Positions 46,841 through 64,000 of a DNA stretch of 64,000 bases are shown piece by piece. The position numbers and the translations under genes are program-made. Position 1 is the stretch's first letter. Every line of letters begins with the position of its first letter. Under the pieces are notes generated by a model. It was not told the origin of the DNA and did not search any database. It saw nothing but the letters and a program-made list of their open reading frames with translations. This DNA is from Macrostomum lignano (taxonomy: Eukaryota): the NCBI GenBank assembly GCA_002269645.1, contig NIVC01002936.1, positions 46,133 through 110,132 on the forward strand. The letters run 5' to 3'.

Positions 46841-48770
46841 CTACTGCTGCTGACCTCGCCTCAGCGGCAGTCGCCACAAGTTTCGCGAATTTCTCTGCAA
46901 CTCTGCACTTTTAACAACGGCTGCAACTGTTTGACCTTCAATGGGCTCATCGGAGGTCGCCTCAGTCAGTCTCGCCAATCGTCCATCGAGCAGGTCCACG
47001 GTGGTCCTGACCTGAGCGAGGTCTGACCGAATGTCTTGAAGCAGCTGCAGCTCCGATGTGGAAAAGTTGTTCCGTTGCTCTGTTGGTGTGTTGGTAAAGT
47101 GGCTTGATCAATTTTGAAGTGATACATTTTGGCTCTAGAAAGTTCCCATCCAGATTGAATGTATTTTAACCAATGAATGCGCTCCAAATAGCAAAAGCTG
47201 AGGACACGACCCCAACCTCAACCAATGAAAAACAGTTATGTACCATCCAATGCGATTAAGACTGAAAAGTACTATAAAAGCTCATGTTAACCAAGCAAGA
47301 AGCTCGCCTTTTCTCTCTTCCGCGCCTCTTCTCACCCTCGCCTCTCTTTCGCCCTTCTCCTAGCCTACCTCCTTTGACTATTTTTGATTGACACAGTTAG
47401 GGTCTCAACCCAAACGCTAAAACTGATAAATTGACTCACTAAAGCTAAACCAACACCCAATCCACGTTCCACAATAGACTGAACCTTCGGTTCACCCGAA
47501 CTATTAGAAACACCTTGTGACTTAAATCGAACGAGCTTCTTATTTGGAATTCCACCTTAGACATTATATTTTGTAAGATAACATCTCGAGATTGTGACCA
47601 TCAAATACAACGGTCTGTAAGTTAACATCAAGTGTTTGCATCATCAGGAAAAGTCAGTTGAATCCGCCGCCTCAGTTATTTGGCTCTCACATTGATATTT
47701 GAAACAGACATAGAGCCATAGAAGTGAGAGACCAGAAGAAGAACAATAACCCACATATATTTTAAAATATTTCACTTTAAATTTAGAGCTTATTTTGATT
47801 TGCAGTGACAACCTGCATGAGCCATGAGGATGTTGCAGACTCTTACATTGAGAACTTTACTTATGAGGATGTTGCAGACTCTTACATTGAGAACCTTAGT
47901 TATGAGGATGTTGCAGACTCTTAAATTGAGAACCTGAGTCACGCGGATGTTGCAGACTCTTACATTGAGAACCTGAGTCATGAGGATTTTACAGACTCTT
48001 ACATTGAGAACCTGAGTCATGAGGATTTTACAGACTCTTACATTGAGAACCTGAGTCACGCGGATGTTGCAGACTCTTAAATTAAGAACCTGAGTCATGA
48101 GGATGTTGCAGACTATTCCATTGAGAACCTGAGCCATGAGGATGTTGCAGACTCTTGCATTGAGAACCTGAGCCATGAGGATGTTGCAGACTCTTACATT
48201 GAGAACCTGAGCCATGAGGATGTTGCAGACTCTTGCATTGAGAACCTGAGCCATGAGGATGGTGCAGACTATTCCATTGAGAACCTGAGCCATGAGGATG
48301 TTGCAGACTCTTGCATTGAGAACCTGAGCCATGAGGATGTTGCAGACTCTTGCATTGAGAACCTGAGCCATGAGGATGTTGCAGACTCTTGCATTGAGAA
48401 CCTGAGCCATGAGGATGTTGCAGACTCTTACATTGAGAACCTGAGCCATGAGGATGTTGCAGACTCTTGCATTGAGAACCTGAGCCATGAGGATGTTGCA
48501 GACTCTTGCATTGAGAACCTGAGCCATGAGGATGTTGCAGACTCTTGCATTGAGAACTTGAGCCATGAGGATGGTGCAGACTACGAGCTATTGCATAGAG
48601 AACCTGCATACTGAAGATGTCACAGTCTTAAATCTAGCACCGCTTAGAATTCACAGGATGTACAACACAAGTCACAAGTCATTTTCATCTTCAAAAGGTC
48701 TAGTCAGCGCAACTGACAACTTACGATTCGATTTACCTGCAGTGTGTTCTTGCTGCTGTTGCTGTTGCTG

Positions 48771-48802
<32 letters not shown>

Positions 48803-51800
48803 GCTGTTGCAGCTGCTGATTTTTGCGAACCATTTGAGCAATGGCGGCAAAGCCTCCACCGCCTCCTGCTGCGCAACCCCTGCCGGCGCTCCCATCTCCA
48901 GTCGCGGCCGGTGGCCTGCTGGTGCTGCTTCTGCTGCTCTGCCTGTATCGAAGCAGTTCATCCGTCTCCGACCTCATATTATTGACACTCTCCGGGAAAT
49001 ACCTGGAGAGATTTGGCAAAATAATTTGACATTTGAACTTGCGAAGAAGGCCTCTATTATAATTAGATAACCTTAGAAAGTTAAGATACATTTCTAATAA
49101 AAGTAAAGTTTTTGTGTAAGAATGAAAAGCTGCATGAATTATTAGTTTGATTTTTCTAGATGTGCAAAAGAAATCAGTAAGTAAGTTACGCATTGTTGTT
49201 GTTACTCATAATACATGTAGGTAAAACTCATACATGCAGATAAGTCAGCCGCTAAGCAGGGGTACATGTTAAACTAAACCTGTTAAAAATAAATCACCAG
49301 TTTAGACAGGTAAATCACCAGTTTAGACAGGTAAATCACCAGTTTAGACAGGTAAATCACCAGTTTAGACAGGTAAATCACCAGTTTAGACAGGTAAATC
49401 ACCAGTTTAGGCAGGTAAATCACCAGTTTAGACAGGTAAATCACCAGTTTAGACAGGTAAATCACCAGTTTAGGCAGGTAAATCACCAGTTTAGACAGGT
49501 AAATCACCAGTTTAGACAGGTAAATCACCAGTTTAGACAGGTAAATCACCAGTTTAGACAGGTAAATCACCAGTTTAGACAGGTAAATCACCAGTTTAGA
49601 CAGGTAAATCACCAGTTTAGACAGGTAAATCACCAGTTTAGGCAGGTAAATCACCAGTTTAGACAGGTAAATCACCAGTTTAGACAGGTAAATCACCAGT
49701 TTAGACAGGTAAATCACCAGTTTAGACAGGTAAATCACCAGTTTAGACAGGTAAATCACCAGTTTAGACAGGTAAATCACCAGTTTAGACAGGTAAATCA
49801 CCAGTTTAGACAGGTAAATCACCAGTTTAGGCAGGTAAATCACCAGTTTAGACAGGTAAATCACCAGTTTAGACAGGTAAATCACCAGTTTAGACAGGTA
49901 AATCACCAGTTTAGACAGGTAAATCACCAGTTTAGACAGGTAAATCACCAGTTTAGACAGGTAAATCACCAGTTTAGACAGGTAAATCACCAGTTTAGAC
50001 AGGTAAATCACCAGTTTAGACAGGTAAATCACCAGTTTAGACAGGTAAATCACCAGTTTAGACAGGTAAATCACCAGTTTAGGCAGGTAAATCACCAGTT
50101 TAGACAGGTAAATCACCAGTTTAGACAGGTAAATCACCAGTTTAGACAGGTAAATCACCAGTTTAGACAGGTAAATCACCAGTTTAGACAGGTAAATCAC
50201 CAGTTTAGACAGGTAAATCACCAGTTTAGACAGGTAAATCACCAGTTTAGACAGGTAAATCACCAGTTTAGACAGGTAAATCACCAGTTTAGACAGGTAA
50301 ATCACCAGTTAAGACAGGCAGCTAAATAACCCGTGAGAAAGATAGAACCAGCGAGAGGCATTATGCTGCCCATTCCACCGACTCGCCTGAGCAGGCACAC
50401 AAGCGCGCGGATACGTACGCAGTCATACGCACAGACACTCACACAGGAGTGTACAGCGGCCCTAACTTTATTTATCGTTAGGCATGTACACTTCACTGTG
50501 CCTTGGGGGGTTGCTCCTCAAGGCCGTTAATTGCACCAGCAGAGCCAAGCCGAGATTCCAATTTAGCCACATATTAATGTGACTGCACTTGGAATCGAGC
50601 CTGGGTCGCTGGCACATCAGAGTGCCCACCTGGGTAAACTGAAAGACATCTACCTTATAGCTCGTATGTACGAGCAAGTCCACCTGAATCATCATACTCA
50701 GAATAGCTACTGAACACGACTATAGAACACCAAAAAATCTCGCATCCGACTCGAGAATACTATATAGCTTATTTAAAATGGTGCACAAGAAGATCAAGAT
50801 TATAGTAGCTATTATGAGCTATATATTAATACGTATCCGTAATAAAATTGAGTAAGCATGCAAAATCACGGCAAACATGAGCAGGATATTAGGCTGCTGG
50901 AGGCGTTGTTAGCTATTGAGTGATTTTTTAAATAGTTTAATGCAATGCATGAAACGCACATTGTGAGGCACATTGCAAACGTAATATTCAGAATTAAGTG
51001 TTGCATAACTTGCAAATCAGCTTCTGTAAAACAATATGTAAATGTGATAATTATGCAGGCTAGCTCATAAATTTGTTATATAAAATTTACATGCAAATAT
51101 GTTCAGATTTCTTAAATTAAGTTAAAAATGTTTTAATTGTTTAAAATTTAAAGTTATGTTCCAAGCAGACTCGATTGCATTTAGTTGTCAAAAGTCTACC
51201 CTTTTGTTTAATTCTAAATTGTCTAAAATGCGCTAGTTTACTACTACTCTACTATAAGTAGTCTGTTGGTCAATTTATTTCCATAATTTAAAAATAAAGA
51301 AGTGCGTTGCTTTGACAGTTGAAGCAGAAGGACCGCTGTCTGCTGGTTTTCATTGCAAGATTCGTACCTTTAAAACAGTCAAATTAGACGTGAATCAAGT
51401 ATGCGTTTTGTCTGAGGCAACGCCTCCACTCGGAGATGTGTAAAAATTAAAAACAATTCTATAAGAGAACTTTTTATCTGACCGATACAAAATTCATCAC
51501 CATGAATGCAGAGAGTCGCCAGTACAGCAGCGGTCGTTCTGCTTTATATTGGGAAAGTGGTGCTTCGTCTCTCCCGTGACTGTTTCACCTGAAATAGATA
51601 ACTCAGCTTCGATATATGGTAGTGTACGAGGGTACCTGCAGGCAGCCGCATTCGGTGAGAATCGAGCCAATTTGCTCTGGCTCGATGCCAGCTTGTCCCA
51701 TAGAAATTTCGCTGATTTCCTGTGTGGCGTATAGAAGAAGAAAAATGCAGCATCCTTCCTATTGTGCGATTTTGTTAAAATTATGACAGCATGACGACAT

Positions 51801-54800
51801 GAGACGAAACTTAAATTATGATTCATTCGGATTGTTTGTTATACTGTAAAATCTGCATTTCTTAGATTCTAAATTTTTTAACAAAAAGGTAATAATACAA
51901 CTTTGTGTTGCGTTTATGTTTGAAAATGTTTTGTCCAGTGATTGGGTACTGGAATCCTAAAATTTTAGACACATTTTAACCGATTGGTCTCTTGATGGGC
52001 GCCCCTGTCTCTTGATGGGCGCCCCTGTCTCTTGGTGGGCGCCCCTGTCTCTTGGTGGGCGCCCCTGTCTCTTGGTGGGCGCCCCTGTCTCTTGGTGGGC
52101 GCCCCTGTCTCTTGGTGGGCGCCCCTGTCTCTTGGTGGGCGCCCCTGTCTCTTGGTGGGCGCCCCTGTCTCTTGGCGGGCGCCCCTGTCTCTTGGTGGGC
52201 GCCCCTGTCTCTTGGTGGGCGCCCCTGTCTCTTGGTGGGTGCCCCTGTCTCTTGGTGGGTGCCCCTGTCTCTTGATGGATGCCCCTGTCTCTTGGTGGGC
52301 GCCCCTGTCTCTTGGTGGGCGCCCCTGTCTCTTGGTGGGCGCCCCTGTCTCTTGATGGGCGCTCCTGTCTCTTGATGGATGCCCCTGTCTCTTGATGGGC
52401 GCCCCTGTCTCTTGGTGGGCGCCCCTGTCTCTTGATGGGCGCTCCTGTCTCTTGATGGGCGCCCCTGTCTCTTGATGGGCGCTCCTGTCTCTTGATGGGC
52501 GCCCCTGTCTCTTGATGGGCGCTCCTGTCTCTTGATGGATGCCCCTGTCTCTTGGTGGGCGCCCCTGTCTCTTGGTGGGCGCCCCTGTCTCTTGATGGGC
52601 GCTCCTGTCTCTTGATGGATGCCCCTGTCTCTTGATGGGCGCCCCTGTCTCTTGGTAGGCGCCACTGTCTCTTGGTGGGCGCCCCTGTCTCTTGATGGGC
52701 ACCCCTGTCTCTTGGTTGACGCCCCTGTCTCTTGGTTGACGCCCCTGTCTCTTGGTGGGCGCCCCTGTCTCTTGATGGGCGCCCCTGTCTCTTGGTAGGC
52801 GCCACTGTCTCTTGGTGGGTGCCCCTGTCTCTTGGTAGGCGCCCCTGTCTCTTGGTGGGCGCCCCTGTCTCTTGGTGGGCGCCACTTTCTCTTGGTTGAC
52901 GCCCCTGTCTCTTGGTTGACGCCCCTGTCTCTTAGGTGGGCGCCCCTGTCTCTTGGTGGGTGCCCCTGTCTCTTGGTAGGCGCCACTGTCTCTTGGTGGG
53001 TGCCCCTGTCTCTTGGTAGGCGCCCCTGTCTCTTGGTAGGCGCCCCTGTCTCTTGGTGGGCGCCCCTGTCTCTTGGTGGGCGCCCCTGTCTCTTGGTGGG
53101 CGCCCCTGTCTCTTGGTGGGCGCCCCTGTCTCTTGGTGGGCGCCCCTGTCTCTTGATGGGTGCCCCTGTCTCTTGGTGGGCGCCCCTGTCTCTTGGTAGG
53201 CGCCCCTGTCTCTTGGTGGGTGCCCCTGTCTCTTGGTAGGCGCCACTGTCTCTTGGTGGGTGCCCCTGTCTCTTGGTAGGCGCCCCTGTCTCTTGGTAGG
53301 CGCCCCTGTCTCTTGGTGGGCGCCCCTGTCTCTTGGTGGGCGCCACTTTCTCTTGGTTGACGCCCCTGTCTCTTGGTTGACGCCCCTGTCTCTTAGGTGG
53401 GCGCCCCTGTCTCTTGGTGGGTGCCCCTGTCTCTTGGTAGGCGCCACTGTCTCTTGGTGGGTGCCCCTGTCTCTTGGTAGGCGCCCCTGTCTCTTGGTAG
53501 GCGCCCCTGTCTCTTGGTGGGCGCCCCTGTCTCTTGGTGGGCGCCCCTGTCTCTTGGTGGGTGCCCCTGTCTCTTGGTGGGCGCCCCTGTCTCTTGGTGG
53601 GCGCCCCTGTCTCTTGATGGGTGCCCCTGTCTCTTGGTGGGCGCCCCTGTCTCTTGGTTGGCGCCCCTGTCTCTTGGTGGGCGCCCCTATCTCTTGGTGG
53701 GCGCCCCTGTCTCTTGGTGGGCGCCCCTGTCTCTTGGTGGGTGCCCCTGTCTCTTGGTAGGCGCCCCTGTCTCTTGGTGGGTGCCCCTGTCTCTTGGTAG
53801 GCGCCCCTGTCTCTTGGTAGGCGCCCCTGTCTCTTGGTGGGCGCCCCTGTCTCTTGGTGGGCGCCCCTGTCTCTTGGTGGGTGCCCCTGTCTCTTGGTAG
53901 GCGCCCCTGTCTCTTGGTAGGCGCCCCTGTCTCTTGGTAGGCGCCCCTGTCTCTTGGTGGGCGCCCCTGTCTCTTGGTGGGCGCCACTTTCTCTTGGTTG
54001 ACGCCCCTGTCTCTTGGTTGACGCCCCTGTCTCTTAGGTGGGCGCCCCTGTCTCTTGGTGGGTGCCCCTGTCTCTTGGTAGGCGCCACTGTCTCTTGGTG
54101 GGTGCCCCTGTCTCTTGGTAGGCGCCCCTGTCTCTTGGTAGGCGCCCCTGTCTCTTGGTGGGCGCCCCTGTCTCTTGGTGGGCGCCCCTGTCTCTTGGTG
54201 GGTGCCCCTGTCTCTTGGTGGGCGCCCCTGTCTCTTGGTGGGCGCCCCTGTCTCTTGATGGGTGCCCCTGTCTCTTGGTGGGCGCCCCTGTCTCTTGGTT
54301 GGCGCCCCTATCTCTTGGTGGGCGCCCCTGTCTCTTGGTGGGCGCCCCTGTCTCTTGGTGGGTGCCCCTGTCTTTTGGTAGGCGCCCCTGTCTCTTGGTG
54401 GGTGCCCCTGTCTCTTGGTAGGCGCCCCTGTCTCTTGGTAGGCGCCCCTGTCTCTTGGTGGGCGCCCCTGTCTCTTGGTGGGCGCCCCTGTCTCTTGGTG
54501 GGTGCCCCTGTCTCTTGGTAGGCGCCCCTGTCTCTTGGTAGGCGCCCCTGTCTCTTGGTAGGCGCCCCTGTCTCTTGGTGGGCGCCCCTGTCTCTTGGTG
54601 GGCGCCACTTTCTCTTGGTTGACGCCCCTGTCTCTTGGTTGACGCCCCTGTCTCTTAGGTGGGCGCCCCTGTCTCTTGGTGGGTGCCCCTGTCTCTTGGT
54701 AGGCGCCACTGTCTCTTGGTGGGTGCCCCTGTCTCTTGGTAGGCGCCCCTGTCTCTTGGTAGGCGCCCCTGTCTCTTGGTGGGCGCCCCTGTCTCTTGGT

Positions 54801-56664
54801 GGGCGCCCTGTCTCTTGGTGGGTGCCCCTGTCTCTTGGTGGGCGCCCCTGTCTCTTGGTGGGCGCCCCTGTCTCTTGATGGGTGCCCCTGTCTCTTGGTG
54901 GGCGCCCCTGTCTCTTGGTTGGCGCCCCTGTCTCTTGGTGGGCGCCCCTATCTCTTGGTGGGCGCCCCTGTCTCTTGGTGGGCGCCCCTGTCTCTTGGTG
55001 GGTGCCCCTGTCTCTTGGTAGGCGCCCCTGTCTCTTGGTAGGCGCCCCTGTCTCTTGGTGGGCGCCCCTGTCTCTTGGTGGGCGCCCCTGTCTCTTGGTG
55101 GGTGCCCCTGTCTCTTGGTAGGCGCCCCTGTCTCTTGGTAGGCGCCCCTGTCTCTTGGTGGGCGCCTTCTGCATAATTAAATTAGAGTTAGGAAAATAAA
55201 AAACTGACAATTGAATGCTATAAAAATAACTGGCATTGAATATAAATTTCGCAATCACAAAATAATTGAAATACTCGTAGAATTAAAAAAAATGTTTTTT
55301 TGCAGCACTAATTAAAAAAATGGTTCCGCAGTCCTGAAGTGCTCATCAGGAGACAACAGTTACTACCAGACGTCATCTTGAAGGGCGAAAACATCTGCCT
55401 TCTCTTTGCAGTCTTCTAACAAATGAAGCACTCAGGCACAGTTCTCCTGACAATTTAATTACTCTCGGCTCCAGAACAAACAAAAAAGCTGAGCACTCAC
55501 GCGTCACAAGCATCTGCTTTTAAGATTTTCATCTAGCTATCAGTTTTTTATAAGCGAGCAAGCGAACATGGCACCTCGGAGAAACCAGCTTCAAGGACAC
55601 AATTCTGAAGGACACAGTTCTGAAGGACACAGTTCTGAAGGACACAATTCTAAAGGACACAAATCTGAAAGACACAGTTCTGAAGGACACAATTCTGAAG
55701 GACACAGTTCTGAAGGACACAATTCTGAAGAACACAGTTCTGAAGGACACAATTCTGTAGGAAACAGTTCTGAAGGACACAGTTCTGAAGGACACAATTC
55801 TGAAGGACACAATTCTAAAGGACACAAATCTGAAAGACACAGTTCTGAAGGACACAATTCTGAAGGACACAGTTCTGAAGGACACAATTCTGAAGGACAC
55901 AGTTCTGAAGGACACAAATCTGAAGGACACAGTTCTGAAGGACACAATTCTGAAAGCCACAATTCTAAAGGACACAGTTCTGAAGGACACAATTCTGAAG
56001 GCCACAGTTCTGAAGGACACAAATCTGAAAGACACAGTTCTGAAGGACACAATTCTGAAGGACACAATTCTGAAGGCCACAATTCTAAAGGACACAGTTC
56101 TGAAGGACACCATTCCGAAGGACACAGTTCTGAAGGACACAATTCACACGCTACATGGTGTACAGCAGCCCTGACTTTTTGATCATCAGGCATGTGCACT
56201 GTCTGTGCCTTGGGGTTGGCCCTCACGGCTGTGAACCCAAATTGGCCTATTTTCGTGCTCACAAGTCACAAAGAAAGCGACCGCGTGTGTAGCGGAATCG
56301 AACCAGCTGTGTCCCAAAGGATTGGATTCAAGAATTTTGATTGAGCATACTAAATTTAACTAAATGGCGGAAGCAGCACTCACTTAGCCAACGACCCATT
56401 CGCCGAGTCTTTCTTCTCAGTCGATGACTTCTCCGCTCCAACTGCACCGTGAGGTCCTCGTCGAGGCGTTGAAGCTTCAGGATCGTCCGCATCTTCGTCG
56501 TCGCTGTCGCGGTCGGATTCCATCAGCTCTTCGCCAATTGAAGGCAGAGCCGATGAAGGCGACTGCTGCTGCTGCTTGAAAGAGCTCCCAGCGAGATCCA
56601 GCTCATCCTGAAAGGCGGTGAAACGTGTTGAGCTCTTCCTGGCCGGATGACAATCGTCTGAACA
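46841..56664 (-). CDS. Probable C-terminal exons of the Elk channel (about 56664-56384, 51719-51636, 49002-48737, 47079-46841)
   Basis: Phase-compatible chain 0-2-2-1; LPSIGEE plus acidic tract as in KCNH8; last exon coiled coil LLQDIRSDLAQVRTTVDLLDGRLARL. Two splice sites are weak (acceptor 56665, donor 51635). Confidence 0.55.
47815..48575. repeat. 39-bp intronic minisatellite
   Basis: Unit GAGCCATGAGGATGTTGCAGACTCTTGCATTGAGAACCT. Confidence 0.96.
49289..50310. repeat. 21-bp highly homogeneous intronic minisatellite
   Basis: Unit AAATCACCAGTTTAGACAGGT. Confidence 0.98.
50355..50620 (-). mobile_element. SINE family B, copy 1
   Basis: Shares GTACAGCGGC...AGGCATGTACAC...TGTGCCT..GGGGTTG with 56146-56312 and 59445-59645; B-box-like reverse complement GGAATCGAGCC at 50591. 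Confidence 0.7.
51988..55166. repeat. 3.2-kb intronic 20-bp satellite
   Basis: Unit GCCCCTGTCTCTTGGTGGGC. Confidence 0.98.
55592..56145. repeat. 15-bp intronic minisatellite
   Basis: Unit TCTGAAGGACACAGT. Confidence 0.96.
56146..56312 (-). mobile_element. SINE family B, copy 2
   Basis: Same core as 50355-50620; B box reverse complement GGAATCGAACC at 56294-56304. Confidence 0.7.
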
Positions 56665-56879
56665 CTTTGTCAAACTATAATGTCTTCAATACTGTAACCT
56701 ACTTGGATAATTAAATTCTTATCATTATTGTTGAGAACTCTTTTTAGCATAACGAATTGCATTCACAACAAAGAAGCAATAAAACTTCCATCAGACAGAA
56801 TCGCCCCAAAGGTGTCCAAATTCTCGAAGTAATTAGAAGCTGCTCAACTCTCGCTATTGTTGCAACACAATGTACTCAC

Positions 56880-62938
<6,059 letters not shown>

Positions 62939-63604
62939 CTGCAAAAGGGGGGGAATTAAGCAATTAGAAATCCATTGAATTTTCCCACTTAATGGAACTC
63001 AGAGTAGCGTCAGCGGTGAACAAACAATAAAATCAGAACTCAATAATTGCTCTTCCGCGCGCAGTGTGAGCGCAGCTGTTGAGTCGTGACCGTTTTAAAA
63101 GCATGACGTGGCTTCTAAAAGCTGTATTTAAACTCAACCAGGCCATTAAGATTAATATCGCTTCAATTCCACTATTAAGAGATCAAACTGTTTGAAATGG
63201 GTGGCCCCCGTAAGAAAGGAACTAAAAGCACAACGAGTTGCAGCAGCTTCAGAATGGAGAAGACAATAGCGGCCAAGCAAAAAAGGATGAAGTCAAACTG
63301 ATTACAGATTGTCAACAATCGTTGGCCTGCATGGATTCACTACTCCCGGCTGCTTGGAGCCTCTGGTGGCTGCCGATAGCCCTGACTTTTCTGTGCTACG
63401 CTCCTAATCTGATCATCTATGCCAGCGATGGGGAGACTTGGGTCTACGACGATCATTTCCAGCGTCAGGAGCAACCCGTGCGTCATTGGAGAAGACCAGA
63501 CAGGCCAAACCGGTGCCATGGACCTGCCGTGTTCTGGTTAGTGGCTTGGACTGCTGCATCTGCCCGCGACCTCTTTGCTTATGGTGTTCGATTTTCCTAA
63601 AACT

Positions 63605-64000
63605 TGGTATGTTTGATCTAAAGAACTGGTATGTTTGCATCTAAAGAACTGGTATGTTTGCATCTAAAGAACTGGTATGTTTGATCTATAGAACTGGTAT
63701 GTAATGCTCTAAAGAACTGGTATGTTTTGCATCTATAGAACTGGTATGTTTGCATCTATAGAACTGGTATAGTTGCATCTATAGAACTGGTATAGTTGCA
63801 TCTAAAGAACTGGTATGTTTGCATCTATAGAACTGGTATGTTTGCATCTATAGAACTGGTATGTTTGCATCTATAGAACTGGTATGTTTGCATCTATAGA
63901 ACTGGTATAGTTGCATCTATAGAACTGGTATGTTTGCATCTATAGAACTGGTATGTTTGCATCTAAAGAACTGGTATGTTTGCATCTATAGAACTGGTAT
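63605..64000. repeat. 23-bp minisatellite running off the window end
   Basis: Unit AGAACTGGTATGTTTGCATCTAT. Confidence 0.96.

Noticed and set aside
47790-56262. Numerous periodic ORFs (MAQVLNARVCNIL, VIYLSKL, APTKRQGRPPRDRG, SEGHN)
   Set aside because: All are intronic tandem arrays within the Elk gene.
63238-63600. 120-aa plus-strand ORF
   Set aside because: No ATG start or recognisable domain, antisense within an Elk intron; it does not encode the missing S1 exon.

Overview
Repeat-rich invertebrate nuclear DNA with spliceosomal GT-AG introns and one 665-N gap. Inferred to be a flatworm such as Macrostomum, from the WSC/FReD/DM9/Cys-loop gene mix and minisatellite-filled introns. Genes from left to right: three WSC-domain exons (one with an in-frame stop); a two-exon Cys-loop anion channel (GluCl/GlyR-like); a GT32 DXD glycosyltransferase (SUR1/CSH1/OCH1-like); an unknown His-rich two-exon gene; a decayed NHL-repeat gene; a DM9-repeat gene; a six-exon ARL2BP head-to-head with an intronless HSE/TATA-driven DNAJB; a fibrinogen-domain pseudogene; and most of an Elk/KCNH potassium channel. 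Mobile elements: a decayed tyrosine-recombinase (DIRS/Ngaro-like) retroelement, an almost intact 3.0-kb Chapaev/Transib-related transposon with RAG1-like motifs and RSS-like CACAG termini inserted into a 12-bp satellite, a foldback-type MITE, a 2.2-kb solo LTR, two hAT elements (one carrying a 28S rDNA fragment spanning the R2/I-PpoI target), and two SINE families. More than 25 tandem arrays explain most of the long ORFs in the track. Several genes carry single-base frameshifts, some at homopolymers, so sequencing error cannot be separated from pseudogenisation here.
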